From an uncultured delta proteobacterium (GTDB lineage: Bacteria; Myxococcota_A; UBA9160; SMWR01): a stretch of DNA of 64,000 nt. A model generated the notes under the pieces. That model was not told the DNA's origin, did not search any database, and saw only the letters and a list, made by a program, of their open reading frames with translations. Positions 53,446 through 64,000 of the stretch are shown here, piece by piece (the stretch's first letter is position 1; every line of letters begins with the position of its first letter). The stretch is from positions 256,001-320,000 of the forward strand of contig CAWHTE010000003.1 of NCBI GenBank assembly GCA_963832165.1, written 5' to 3'. The position numbers and the translations under genes were made by a program.

Positions 53446-54453
53446 CTGAGCCGCAACGAGTCGAGCACCCGTCAGACCCTCGTCTTCGACGACAACGCCG
53501 CTGCCGCTGCGCTCTATGGGGAGGGCGACCGGACCCTGCGGATGCTGGAGCGCGAGTTCGGCATCCACGCGGGCGCGCGCGGCAACGAGGTGCGGCTGGT
53601 CGGCTCGACGAACGAGGTTGCGCTCGCGCGCAAAGTGCTCGAGCACCTCTACGGCTTGTTGAAGAGCGGCCGGACAGTCGGCGCCGGCGAGGTGCGCGAC
53701 ACGGTGCGCATGGTGACCCAGGAGCCCGATGTCGATCTCGAAGACGCGATCGACGACGTGCTCGCAGACGTCGGGTCGCGGCGGCGCATCGGTGCGAAGA
53801 CGCTCGCGCAACGCCACTACATCGATCTGATGCGCAAACACGACGTGGTGTTCACGATCGGGCCCGCGGGCACGGGCAAGACCTATCTCGCGATGGCGAT
53901 GGCGATCGCAGCGCTCAACCGGCACGAGGTGGCGCGCGTCGTGCTCACGCGCCCCGCGGTCGAGGCGGGCGAGAAGCTCGGCTTCCTGCCCGGGACGATG
54001 GCGGAGAAGGTCAATCCCTATCTGCGCCCGCTCTACGATGCGCTAGGCGACATGATGGACTACGAGAAGTCGATGCGACTGGTCGAGCGCGGCGCGATCG
54101 AGGTGGCTCCGCTCGCGTTCATGCGCGGTCGCACGCTCAACGACGCGTTCGTGATCCTCGACGAAGCGCAGAACACGACGCCCGAGCAGATGAAGATGTT
54201 CCTGACCCGGCTCGGCTTCGATTCGAAGGCCGTGGTGACCGGTGACGTCACCCAGGTCGACCTGCCGCCCGACAAGCGCAGCGGACTCGTCGAGGCGGTG
54301 GAGGTGCTGCGCGGCGTCGAAGGCATCGGCTTCATGTCGTTCGACGAGCGCGACGTGGTGCGGCATCCGCTCGTGCAATCGATCCTGCGCGCTTACGAAC
54401 GGGCGCGCGAGGAGGGCGAGCGGAACAGCGGGGGGAGCTCCGGCCAGGGATGA
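53446..54453 (+). CDS. phoH: PhoH-like ATPase (YbeZ); probable CTG start
   Basis: GPAGTGKTYLA, RPAVEAGEKLGFLPG, APLAFMRGRT, LDEAQN, GDVTQVDL; family-like sequence extends upstream of ATG 53542. Confidence 0.93.
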   Translation: MSRNESSTRQTLVFDDNAAAAALYGEGDRTLRMLEREFGIHAGARGNEVRLVGSTNEVALARKVLEHLYGLLKSGRTVGAGEVRDTVRMVTQEPDVDLEDAIDDVLADVGSRRRIGAKTLAQRHYIDLMRKHDVVFTIGPAGTGKTYLAMAMAIAALNRHEVARVVLTRPAVEAGEKLGFLPGTMAEKVNPYLRPLYDALGDMMDYEKSMRLVERGAIEVAPLAFMRGRTLNDAFVILDEAQNTTPEQMKMFLTRLGFDSKAVVTGDVTQVDLPPDKRSGLVEAVEVLRGVEGIGFMSFDERDVVRHPLVQSILRAYERAREEGERNSGGSSGQG

Positions 54454-54878
54454 CGGTGCGCCTCTCCGGGCGACGCGGGAGCCTCGATCGCCGGCGCCTG
54501 AGATCGCACGCGGCGCACATGCTGCGCGAGCTCGGCTGCGCGCGCGCCGAGCTCTCGATCGCGCTCGTGGACGATCCGACGATCGCGGAGCTCAACGAGC
54601 GCTATCGCGGCATCGCGGGCGCGACCGACGTGCTGTCGTTCTCCCTGCTCGAGGGTGCGCACGCGGAGCGCCGCGGTGCGTTGCTGGGCGACGTGGTCGT
54701 GAGTCTCGACACCGCGGCCGTTCAAGCGCGCCGCGCGCGCCGCACGCTCGACGACGAGGTGCTGCGGCTGCTGATCCACGGCACGCTGCACCTGTTGGGA
54801 CACGATCACGAGCGCGATCTCGAGGCACGGCGCATGCGCGCCGAGGAGCGCCGCCTGTGGAAGGCGCTTCGGGCGTGA
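54450..54878 (+). CDS. ybeY: rRNA maturation endoribonuclease YbeY
   Basis: LNERYRG, TDVLSF, LGDVVVS, HGTLHLLGHDH. Confidence 0.96.
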   Translation: MTVRLSGRRGSLDRRRLRSHAAHMLRELGCARAELSIALVDDPTIAELNERYRGIAGATDVLSFSLLEGAHAERRGALLGDVVVSLDTAAVQARRARRTLDDEVLRLLIHGTLHLLGHDHERDLEARRMRAEERRLWKALRA

Positions 54879-56467
54879 CCCCGTGGGCGCGCGCATCGTG
54901 GGGCGGCGCGGCCGCGCTGGCGCTCTTCCTGTCGTTTCCGCACCCGATCGCGGGTCGCGTGATCGATCTGGGCTGGCTGCTCGCGTGGCTCGCACCCGCG
55001 TTGTTCCTGTGCGCGCTGAGCGGGCTCGCGCCGCGGCGCGCGGCCCTCTGGGGATTCGGGATCCACTGGGTCGCCTACTCGTCGATCCTGCACTGGATCT
55101 ACGTCGTGACGGTCAGCTACGGACACGCCCATCCGGTCGTCGGCGTGATCGCCCCGATCGGGCTCGCGTCCTACATCGCGGTGTTCGGCGGGACTCTTCG
55201 GGCTCGGCCACGCGTGGCTCGCCGCGCGCGGGATCGCATCGCCCTGGAGCGCCGCGTTCGCGTGGACCGCGCTCGACCATCTGCGCTCGTTCGCGCTGTC
55301 GGGCTTCCCGTGGGCCGAGCTGGGTTATGCGCAGCACGACAATTCCGCGCTGCTCGGGCTCGCTTCGTTCACGGGCGTGTACGGGCTCTCGTTCGTGAGC
55401 GTGCTCGGGAGCGCAGCGCTGCTCGAAGCCGTTCGTTCGGCGCGCACGCGCACGCGGCCCGGCGTGGGGGTGCTCGCGGCGTTCGCGGCCGTGATCGCGT
55501 TGCACGGGCTCGGGCTCGCCGCGCCGCGACCGGCCCGCGAGCCGGAGACGGTCCGCGCCGCGGTGATCCAGGGCAACATCGACCAGGGCGTGAAGTGGAG
55601 CGCGGCGTCGATCGAGCAGACGCTCGAGACCTACGAATCGCTCTCGCGCGCGGCCGCTCGCGCCGGCGCCGAGCTGATCGTGTGGCCGGAGACCGCGGTG
55701 CCGGGCCCGCTCGAGGTGGTCCCCGCGCTGCGCACACGGATCGCGGCGCTCGCGCGCGAGACCGGCGCGACGCTCGTGGTCGGCGGGGTCGGCCTCGAGC
55801 TCGACGCCCATGGTCGGCCGGCAGCCTACTTCGACAGCGCGTTCATGCTTCGGGCCAGACGGGCGGCTGCTCGCGCGCTACGACAAGTCGCACCTGGTCC
55901 CGTTCGGCGAGTACATCCCGTTCCAGGATTGGCTCGGGCGGATCCTCTCCGCGGTCGCGCGCGGCATCGCGCAGGTCGGGGTGGAGGCGGGACCCGCGCC
56001 GCGAGCCGTCGCGCTCGCGTTGCCGGATGGACGCGAGATCCGCTTCGGCACCCCGATCTGCTACGAGCTCTTGTTTCCCCGACCTCGTTCGGCGCTTCGC
56101 CGCGGACGGCGGCCGCGCGCTGCTCGCAATCACCAACGACGCCTGGTACGGGCGCACCGGTGCTCCCTATCAGTTCCTCGCGATCACCGAGCTGCGATCG
56201 GCGGAGACGGGGCTCTGGATCGCGCGCGCGGCCAACACGGGCGTGTCGGCGTTCATCGACGGCTCGGGCGCGACCCGCGACGCGACCCCGATCTTCGAGC
56301 CCACGTGGCTCGTGGCCGACGTTCCGCTCCACCCGCAGCCCGCCACCGCGACGTTCTACGTGCGCCACGGCGACGTGTTCGTGTACGCGTGCTGGGCGCT
56401 GTGGCTCGCCCATTTCGGCGCGGCTCGTGCGCGCGCCACCCGGATGAGGAATGCTCCCCGGCCATGA
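54875..56467 (+). CDS. lnt: Apolipoprotein N-acyltransferase (three apparent +1 insertions near 55191, 55850, 56078)
   Basis: SGFPWAELGYAQ, QGNIDQ, VWPETA, YDKSHLVPFGEY, ICYE, TNDAWYG, RAANTGVS spread over three frames. Confidence 0.92.
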   Translation: MTPWARASWGGAAALALFLSFPHPIAGRVIDLGWLLAWLAPALFLCALSGLAPRRAALWGFGIHWVAYSSILHWIYVVTVSYGHAHPVVGVIAPIGLASYIAVFGGTLRARPRVARRARDRIALERRVRVDRARPSALVRAVGLPVGRAGLCAARQFRAARARFVHGRVRALVRERARERSAARSRSFGAHAHAARRGGARGVRGRDRVARARARRAATGPRAGDGPRRGDPGQHRPGREVERGVDRADARDLRIALARGRSRRRRADRVAGDRGAGPARGGPRAAHTDRGARARDRRDARGRRGRPRARRPWSAGSLLRQRVHASGQTGGCSRATTSRTWSRSASTSRSRIGSGGSSPRSRAASRRSGWRRDPRREPSRSRCRMDARSASAPRSATSSCFPDLVRRFAADGGRALLAITNDAWYGRTGAPYQFLAITELRSAETGLWIARAANTGVSAFIDGSGATRDATPIFEPTWLVADVPLHPQPATATFYVRHGDVFVYACWALWLAHFGAARARATRMRNAPRP

Positions 56468-57616
56468 ACGAGGTGAAGGCGCAGGGCCCCAGCGATCACG
56501 AGCTCTCCGAGCGTTTTGCGGGCCTGCGCGAGCGCTGGGACGAGCTCCGGGGGCGTCTTTGACCTCGCCCAGCTGCGCGAGCGGATCGCGGCGCTCGAGC
56601 AGCAGTCCGCGGATCCCAACCTCTGGAACGATCGCGAGCGCGCCGAGCAGCTGCTGCGCGAGAAGCGCGGCGCCGAGCGCGAGGTCGCGCGCTACGACGC
56701 GCTGGTCGCGGCACTCGACGACGCCGAGGTGATGATCGAGCTCGCCGCCGAGGCCAACGACGATGGCGCGCGCGGCGAGGCGCTCGAGAAGCTGCACTTC
56801 GCCGAGCGCGAGCTCGACGCCGCCGAGCTCGAGCGGCTGCTCGGCGGCGAGCACGACGCGGGGCCTGCGATCGTCTCGATCAATGCGGGCGCCGGCGGTA
56901 CCGACGCGTGCGACTGGGCGGAGATGCTCATGCGCATGTACCTGCGTTGGTGCGAAGACCACGACTACGCCACCGAGGTGCTCGACGTGCAGCCCGGCGA
57001 CGAGGCCGGCATCCGCGGCGTCACGTTCACGGTGACCGGCCAGTACGCCTACGGCTACCTCAAGGCGGAGGAGGGCGTACACCGGCTCGTGCGCATCTCG
57101 CCATTCGACTCCCAGGCGCGCCGCCACACCGCGTTCGCGAGCGTCGCGGTGATCCCACAGATCGACGATTCGATCGAGGTCGACATCGACGACGGCGATC
57201 TGCGCGTCGACACCTATCGCGCGGGTGGTGCGGGCGGACAGCACGTCAACAAGACCGATTCGGCGGTCCGCCTCACCCACCTGCCGACCGGCATCGTCGT
57301 GCAGTGTCAGAACGAGCGGTCCCAGCACAAGAACCGCGCGTCCGCGCTCAAGGTGCTGCGCGCGCGGCTCTACGAGCACGCGCGCCAGCAGCAGGAAGAG
57401 AAGATGGCGGCGCTGCGCGGCGAGAAGATGAAGATCGACTTCGGCAGCCAGATCCGCTCCTACACGCTGCACCCGCAGCAGCGCGTGAAGGACCACCGCA
57501 CGGATACGGAGATCGGCAACGTCGAGGGCGTGCTCGAGGGAGACCTCGACCGCTTCATCCGTGCGACGCTGCTCTGGCGCGCCGGCGGTCGGGTCACGGC
57601 GGGGTCGTCCGCATGA
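56464..57616 (+). CDS. prfB: Peptide chain release factor 2 with programmed +1 frameshift
   Basis: ATG 56464; CTT-TGA-C at 56557-56563; SPF tripeptide and GGQ motif in the +1 frame. Confidence 0.96.
56548..56563 (+). promoter_or_regulatory. RF2 programmed frameshift cassette
   Basis: CGGGGG-CGT-CTT-TGA-C: internal SD-like run, 3-nt spacer, shift site. Confidence 0.95.
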
Positions 57617-59131
57617 GCGAACGAAAGAGCGAGCGCGAGGCACGCCGCGCGAAGCTCGCCGCGCTGCGCGCAGCAGGCGTCGATCCCGTATCCGCCGCGC
57701 GTCGGCGCGCGCGAACCGCTCGCGGACGTGCGCGCGCGCTTCGGCGAGCTCGATACGGCTGCGCTCGCGTCCGATCCGCAGCGCGTGGCGATCGTGGGCC
57801 GCGTGATCGCGCTCCGCTCGTTCGGCAAGCTCGTATTCGCCACGCTGCTCGAGAACGGGGAGCGGCTCCAGATCAGCGCGCGCAAGGGCGATCTCGCGCC
57901 CGAGCTGTTCGATTTCGTCAAGCGCCTCGACGTGGGCGACTTCGTGCGCGTCGAGGGGATCGTCTGGCGCACGCAGAGCGACGAGCTCACCGTGGACGTG
58001 CGAGCGGCCGAGCTGCTCGCGAAGGGCCTCTCCCCGCTGCCCGAGAAATGGCACGGACTCTCCGACATCGAGGCGCGCTTTCGCCAGCGCCACCTCGATC
58101 TGCTCGTGAACGAGGACGCGCGGCGCATCGCGATCCAGCGCAGCCGCGTGGTCTCCGCGATGCGCGCGAGCCTCGACGCGCGCGGCTTCCTCGAGGTGGA
58201 GACGCCCGTGCTCCAACCCCTGTACGGCGGCGCCGCGGCGCGGCCGTTCACCACGCATCACAACGCCTACGATCAGAATCTCTACCTGCGGATCTCGGAC
58301 GAGCTCTACCTGAAGCGGCTCGTCGTCGGCGGGCTCGACCGCGTCTATGAGATCGGGCGGGTCTTCCGAAACGAAGGGGTGTCGCGCAAGCACAACCCGG
58401 AATTCACGATGATGGAGTGCTACCAGGCCTACGCCGACTACCGCGACATGATGGTGCTCGCGCAGTCGCTCGTGCAGGAGATCGCCACGCGCGTGCTCGG
58501 CACCACGCGCATCGACTACCAGGGTCACGCGCTCGAGCTGGCCGGGGAATGGCGTCGCGCGACGCTGCGCGACGCGATCGGCGAAGCGATCGGCATCGAC
58601 GTGCTCGCCCACGCGGAGCTCGGCGCGCTGCGCGACGCCGCGCGCGCGCGCGGGCTCGATCCGGGCGACGCGCCGAGCTGGGGCCGGCTCGTCGACGATC
58701 TGTTCAGCGCGCACGTCGAGCCGACGTTGATTCAGCCCACCTTCATCACGGACTATCCCGTCGAGCTCTCTCCGCTTGCGAAGCGCTCACCCGCCGATCC
58801 GCGTCTCGTGGAGCGCTTCGAGCCGTTCCTCGCCGGCATGGAGATCGGCAACGCGTTCTCGGAGCTCAATGATCCGGACGACCAGCGCGAGCGTCTGCTC
58901 GCGAGTCGCCTCGCGTTCGAGGCCGGCGACGAGGAAGCGCACCCGCTCGACGAGGACTATCTGCGCGCGCTCGAGGTGGGGCTGCCGCCGACCGGCGGAC
59001 TCGGCATGGGCGTGGATCGCCTCACGATGATCTTGTGCGGCGCTCCGAATCTGCGCGAGGTGATCACGTTCCCGCACATGCGGCCCGTCGCGCCGGGCAG
59101 CGAAGAAGACCCCTCGCTAGAGGAAGCATGA
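57613..59131 (+). CDS. lysS: Lysine-tRNA ligase class II (apparent +1 insertion in C-run 57685-57687)
   Basis: GVDPYP after correction; [27 protein letters not shown]...[24 protein letters not shown]. Confidence 0.95.
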
Positions 59132-61102
59132 ACGAGCTGCTCGTCGGTGCGTGGGCCGTATTGACCGCAGCGGGCGGAACCATTGCGCTCGTGCTGATCC
59201 TCGCGCTCGCGGTCGGCATCAATGCGATGACGCTGTTCTTCTTCGGCTCCGCGGTGGTAGTGCTCGAGCGCTTCGCGCGCGTGGCGAACCGCCGCGTCGT
59301 GATCCTCGTGTGCTCGCTGGTCTGGGTGCTGGTGCTCGGCGTGTTCACGCTCTACTGGAACTCCGACGCACTCGCGAGCCTGGACTTCCGGGAGCGACTG
59401 CACGCGTTCGGCATCGGCTGCGCGCGCGCGGCCGCGAGCGTGCTCGTGTTCGTGGTGGTATGCCGTGCCGGCCTGCGCTTCGTCTCGCCGCAGCGGCTCG
59501 GACTGACGGTGCTCGCGGTGCTCGGACTCGCCACCGCTCTCGTGCTCGGCGGCAGCGGGCAGCTCGGCTACGCCGCGGCACCCGTGATCGTGGCCGCTTC
59601 GGCGGCCGCCGTGCTCGCGGTGCGGCGCCGCGCGAGCCGTTCGGACAGCGCGAGCGAGGTCGAGGCGATGTTCGCGGTGCTCGCGGCGTCGCTCGCGATC
59701 GGTCCGCTGCTCGCGGTGGCGTTCGCGGAGCCGAACGAGCCCGTAGCCCAGGTGGGCGCCGTGATCTTCGGGTTCGTGCTCGCGGCGGTGCTCCTGGGCC
59801 TCGTTCCGCTCGCGGTGGCCGGCATCATCGATCGCCGCCCCACGGCCGAGTGGTTCATCGCGGTGCGCTACCTGCTGGCGAAGCGGCGCCAGACCTTCAT
59901 CTCGATCATCACGGGCATCTGCGTGGTGGGAATCGCCGCGGGTGTGTGGCTGATCATCACCGTGCTCTCGGTGATGAACGGCTTCGAGCGCACCTGGCGC
60001 GACGAGATCATCGGAAATCGCGCGCACTTCACCGTGCAGAGCGGCCTGGGCCCGTTCCGGGACTACGATCGCCGTGCTCGCCACCGTCGCGGGTACCGAG
60101 GGCGTGACCGCGGCGTCTCCGTACCTCGACGCCGAGGGCATGGTGCGCGGCGAGGCGGGCGAGATCGTGGCGGTGCGCCTGCGCGGCGTCGACCCGGAGC
60201 GCGTCGCGCACGTGACCGACCTGCGCGACGACATCGTCGACGGCACGCTCGAGAGCCTCGCGCCGGAGGCATCCGACCCCGACGCGCCGCCGATCCTGAT
60301 CGGGAGCCAGCTCGCGAGCGCGCTGGGCCTGCGCGTCGGCCAGCCGCTCCTGCTGATCTCGCCGTTCGGCGGGCCGCAGACTCCGCTCGGGCCCGCGCCG
60401 CGCCTCGCCCGCTTCACGGTCGCGGGGATCTTCGAGTCGAGCTTCTTCCAGTACGACGAGATGTACACCTACACCAACCTCGCCGCGGCGCAGGACTTCA
60501 AGCGCGTCGGCGACGTCGTCGACGGAATCGAAGCGCGCACCACCGACTACTACCGCTCGCGCATGGTCGCCGAGCGGGTGCAGCGAGAGCTCGGCTTCCC
60601 GTACTACACGCGCGATTGGAAGGAGTTCTTCCCGGCGTTCTTCCAGGCGCTCAAGAGCGAGCGCGTGATGATGTTCATCCTGCTCACGATGATCATGGTG
60701 GTCGCGGCGTTCTCGATCGTCTCGACGCTCGTGATGATGATCATGGAGAAGTCGAGCGACATCGCGATCCTCAAGGCGATGGGCGCCGAGGACGACGCGA
60801 TCGAGCGGATCTTCGCGCTCGAGGGCACGCTGATCGGCCTCGTCGGCACCACGCTCGGCGTGATCGCGGGCATCTCGGTCACGGCGCGCATCGCTTTCAT
60901 CCAGCACCAGATCGAGAACGTGCTCGGGATCGATACGCTGCCCGCGAGCGTCTACCAGTTCTCGACGCTGCCGGCCGAGCTCGATGCGGGGCAGATCGCA
61001 CTCGCGGTGGGCCTCGCGCTCGTGCTCGCGCTCGGCGCGACCCTGTTGCCGAGCCGCGGCGCGGCGCGGCTCGATCCCGTGGAGTCGCTGCGTTATGAGT
61101 AG
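59128..61102 (+). CDS. Lipoprotein-releasing ABC permease LolC/E with long N-terminal membrane extension (apparent +1 insertion near 60070)
   Basis: [28 protein letters not shown]; second frame DWKE...[33 protein letters not shown]. Confidence 0.9.
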
Positions 61103-61805
61103 CCCGCTGCTCGAGGCGCGCGAAGTGCGCCGCTCGTTCGCAACCGGAGACGGCAAGATCGACGTGCTGCGCGGCGTCGATCTCGTGATCCGCGAGCGCG
61201 AGCGGATCGCGATCGTCGGCAGCTCCGGCGTCGGCAAGTCGACCCTGCTGCACGTGCTGGGCACGCTCGACCGCCCGACCTCGGGCCAGATCTGGTTCGA
61301 CGGCGAGGACCTGTTCACGCGCGACTCGGCCGGGCTCGCGCGTTTCCGCAACCAGTCGCTCGGGTTCATCTTCCAGTTCCATCATCTGCTGCCCGAGTTC
61401 AACGCGTGCGAGAACGTGATGATGCCGGGCCTGCTCGGCGGCCAGCGCGCCTCCGAGATGCGCGAGCGCGCGCTGCGCCTGCTCGGGGAGGTCGGACTCG
61501 AGCACCGCGTGAACCACCCGGTGGGCAAGCTCTCGGGCGGCGAGCGCCAGCGCGTGGCGGTCGCGCGCGCGCTCGTGCTCGAGCCGCGCCTCGTGCTCGC
61601 GGACGAGCCGACCGGCAATCTCGACCCGAAGACCGCAGATCAGGTGCTCGAGCTGCTGCTCGAGATGAACCGCGTGCACGGCACCGCGCTCGTGGTGGTG
61701 ACGCACAGCCCCGAGCTCGCGCTGCGGCTCGGGCGGCGCGTCGAGCTGGTCGACGGCTATCTCGTCGAGGGCGAATCCGGCGCGGGCCTCGGATTGCCTG
61801 CCTGA
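61095..61805 (+). CDS. lolD: Lipoprotein-releasing ABC ATPase
   Basis: [41 protein letters not shown]. Confidence 0.94.
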   Translation: MSSPLLEAREVRRSFATGDGKIDVLRGVDLVIRERERIAIVGSSGVGKSTLLHVLGTLDRPTSGQIWFDGEDLFTRDSAGLARFRNQSLGFIFQFHHLLPEFNACENVMMPGLLGGQRASEMRERALRLLGEVGLEHRVNHPVGKLSGGERQRVAVARALVLEPRLVLADEPTGNLDPKTADQVLELLLEMNRVHGTALVVVTHSPELALRLGRRVELVDGYLVEGESGAGLGLPA

Positions 61806-61896
61806 GTCTTGTATCCGGCCCGGGCGGATCTTAGAGTCCGGCGCGTCCCCGCCCAGGCAGCAGCGACCAGCGATCAGGAGCGAGTTGGAGGATCGG

Positions 61897-64000
61897 GTGC
61901 GCTCACATCGCGCCGGCCGCGCGCCCCGCGGTTCGTGGCCCGCCCTGCTCGCCGGAATTGCGATCGGGCTCGCGGCGTTGGATGCCTCTGCACAGCCCGC
62001 GGACCCCGAGCCGCCCGCCGGCGCGGCGCCGGGTCCCGCGCCGCGTGTCGCGGTGTTCACGTTCGCAGTCCAGAGCGCGGAGGCGGGTCCCGAGCTCGGC
62101 GGTCAGCTCGCGCGCGAGCTCGCCGCGATCCTCGCCGAGGACCGACGCGTTGCCGTGGTGGACGAGGCCGTCCGCCGCGAGACCCCCGAGCCCGCACCCG
62201 GGGAGACGCGCGACGCGGCGCTGCGCCGCGCGGGCGCCGAGCTCGGCGCGGACTACCTGGTGACGGGCACCGCCACGCAGCTCGTGCGCGGCGGCGGCGT
62301 CGATCTCGCGGTGCGCCTCACGGGACGCGATCCGGGTGGGCGCAGCGATACCCAGGTGTTGACCGCGCGCGCGCTGGGCGAGCTCACGGGCCGGCTCTCC
62401 GAGGTCGCGGAGCGGATCATCGCGCAGGTGGTGGGGACGCCACCCGCGCGCGTCGTCTCGGTGGAGATCACGGGCGCCCCCGGCTTCGAAGACGACCTGG
62501 CCTCGCGCCTCACCACGCGCGCGGGGCAGCCCTACGATCCGCAAGCGGTGCGCGAGGACCTCACCACGCTCCGCGGCAGCGCGGCGATCATCTCCGCACA
62601 GGCGCGCACCGAGCGCACGCCCGCGGGCGTGGTGGTGCGCTTCGACGTCGTGCTCGCGGACCCGACCGCGCGCCGGCGCGAAGCCGGCGAGCCGATCGCG
62701 CAGGTCGAAGTACGCGGCAACCGTCGGATCGATGCCGACGCGATCCGCGGCCGGATCGGCTCGAAGGCGGGCGCGCCGCTCAACGCGGCTCAGATCGCCA
62801 AGGACATCGAGGAGGTCCACAAGCTCGGCTTCTTCAAGAACGTGCAGGCCAAACGCGAGACGACCGCAGCGGGAATTGCGGTGGTGTTCGAGGTCGAAGA
62901 GAACCCGCTCGTGCGCCAGATCTCGATCTCGGGCAACGAGAACATCGAGAGCGACAAGATTCGCGAGGCGCTCACGCTCGCGACCGGCTCGACGCTCGAC
63001 TATCCGCTGCTGTTCGAGAACCGCCGGCGCATCGAGACGCTCTACCGCGCGCAGGGCTACTACCTCGCGAAGGTGAACTTCGAGATCGAGCCGCTCGGCG
63101 AGTCGGCGGTCGGGATCCATTTCGACGTGAGCGAGGGCGACAAGCTCAAGCTGCGCGAGATCGACTTCACGGGCAACGATCACTTCGACGACGACGAGCT
63201 CTCGGAGGGCTTCCAGACCAAGATCTGGCACTTCTGGTCCTACGCCACCTCGTGGTTCGACAACTCGGGGACGTACTCGGAGCCGCTCTTCCTCCAGGAT
63301 CTGCGCCACGTCGAGCGCAAGTACGGCGACGCGGGCTATCTGCAGCTCAACGTCGGCGAGCCGCAGGTGGTCCCCGAGGAGGACGGCCTGATCGTGCGCG
63401 TCGCATTGCGCGAGGGCGATCAGTTCCGCGTCGGGAAGATCGACGTCACGGGCGATTCGACCGTCGACATCGACGCGCTGCAGGACAAGCTCAAGCTCCA
63501 GAGCGACGACGTGTTCAACCGCAGCTATTTGAACGACGACATCGCCGCGCTCACCGAGCACTACCAGGATCGCGGGTTCTACTTCGCGCAGGTCACGCCG
63601 CTCTCGAATCTCTCCGAGACCACCGATCGCGTCGACGTCGCGTTCGACGTGCGCAAGGGCCCGCTCTACTTCATCCGCCGGATCGAGGTCGGCGGCAACT
63701 CGGTGACGATCGATCCGGTGGTCCGGCGCGAGATTCCGATCGCCGAGGGGCAGCTCTACTCGCAGCGCAAGGTCCAGATCGCGCGCCAGCGCGTCGAGCG
63801 GCTCGGCTATTTCGAAGAGGTCGACTTCCAGATCGAGCCGACCGATGCGCCCGACCAGCTCGACCTCAAGGTCTCGGTGGTGGAGCGCCCGACCGGCTCG
63901 TTCAGCTTCGGCGCCGGCTATTCGTCGCAGGACGGCGCGATCATCACGGGGTCGCTCTCGCAGGCCAATCTGTTCGGGCGCGGCTACTCCGCGAACATCT
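61897..64000 (+). CDS. bamA: Outer membrane protein assembly factor BamA (partial, runs off the window) with N-terminal extension
   Basis: GGAGG RBS, signal peptide, POTRA repeats (EVRGNRRIDADAI, LGFFKNV, GYFEEV), barrel start ERPTGSFSFGAGYSS...NLFGRG. Confidence 0.94.
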   Translation, partial: MRSHRAGRAPRGSWPALLAGIAIGLAALDASAQPADPEPPAGAAPGPAPRVAVFTFAVQSAEAGPELGGQLARELAAILAEDRRVAVVDEAVRRETPEPAPGETRDAALRRAGAELGADYLVTGTATQLVRGGGVDLAVRLTGRDPGGRSDTQVLTARALGELTGRLSEVAERIIAQVVGTPPARVVSVEITGAPGFEDDLASRLTTRAGQPYDPQAVREDLTTLRGSAAIISAQARTERTPAGVVVRFDVVLADPTARRREAGEPIAQVEVRGNRRIDADAIRGRIGSKAGAPLNAAQIAKDIEEVHKLGFFKNVQAKRETTAAGIAVVFEVEENPLVRQISISGNENIESDKIREALTLATGSTLDYPLLFENRRRIETLYRAQGYYLAKVNFEIEPLGESAVGIHFDVSEGDKLKLREIDFTGNDHFDDDELSEGFQTKIWHFWSYATSWFDNSGTYSEPLFLQDLRHVERKYGDAGYLQLNVGEPQVVPEEDGLIVRVALREGDQFRVGKIDVTGDSTVDIDALQDKLKLQSDDVFNRSYLNDDIAALTEHYQDRGFYFAQVTPLSNLSETTDRVDVAFDVRKGPLYFIRRIEVGGNSVTIDPVVRREIPIAEGQLYSQRKVQIARQRVERLGYFEEVDFQIEPTDAPDQLDLKVSVVERPTGSFSFGAGYSSQDGAIITGSLSQANLFGRGYSANI

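Noticed and set aside
54875..59131. lnt and lysS (also holA, ppdK, lolC/E) as pseudogenes or new programmed frameshifts
   Set aside because: No other decay, no shared slippery motif, all single +1 insertions in largely essential genes; sequencing error is more parsimonious

Overview
High-GC chromosomal window from what looks like a Myxococcota/deltaproteobacterial genome (inferred from the Myxococcus-type pilA-pilGHID cluster, Tgl-like lipoprotein, DUF4388 proteins and HEAT-repeat che cluster). It is mostly core genes, in this order: aspS 3' end, icd-mdh-sucCD, korAB, tgl-like/rodZ-like/recO/glyS/ppdK, two tandem ECF sigma factors behind a sigma54 promoter, a DEDDh exonuclease, tRNA-Glu, two type IVa pilins plus pilGHID, tRNA-Gln, yceD-rpmF-fabD-acpP-fabF, an rpiB-glyA fusion, nrdR-ribD-ribH-nusB, a 12-gene chemosensory cluster, lptE-holA, rpsT, a TPR/DUF4388 pair, and phoH-ybeY-lnt-prfB-lysS-lolC/E-lolD-bamA (partial). 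I saw no transposase, integrase, CRISPR array or defence island. Seven single-base insertions break ppdK, holA, lnt (three times), lysS and lolC/E; these are most likely sequencing errors. prfB has the genuine programmed +1 frameshift. The best candidates for undescribed biology are: (1) a sigma54 promoter, structured leader, tandem ECF sigma factors and a small soluble protein forming one module; (2) a ~45-bp dispersed repeat that is translated as part of the PPDK N-terminus; (3) a duplicated tRNA-Glu 3' end that seems to supply the ribosome-binding site of an exonuclease; (4) an alpha2-type GlyRS in the recO-ppdK slot. All calls come from motif recognition by eye; no searches were run.
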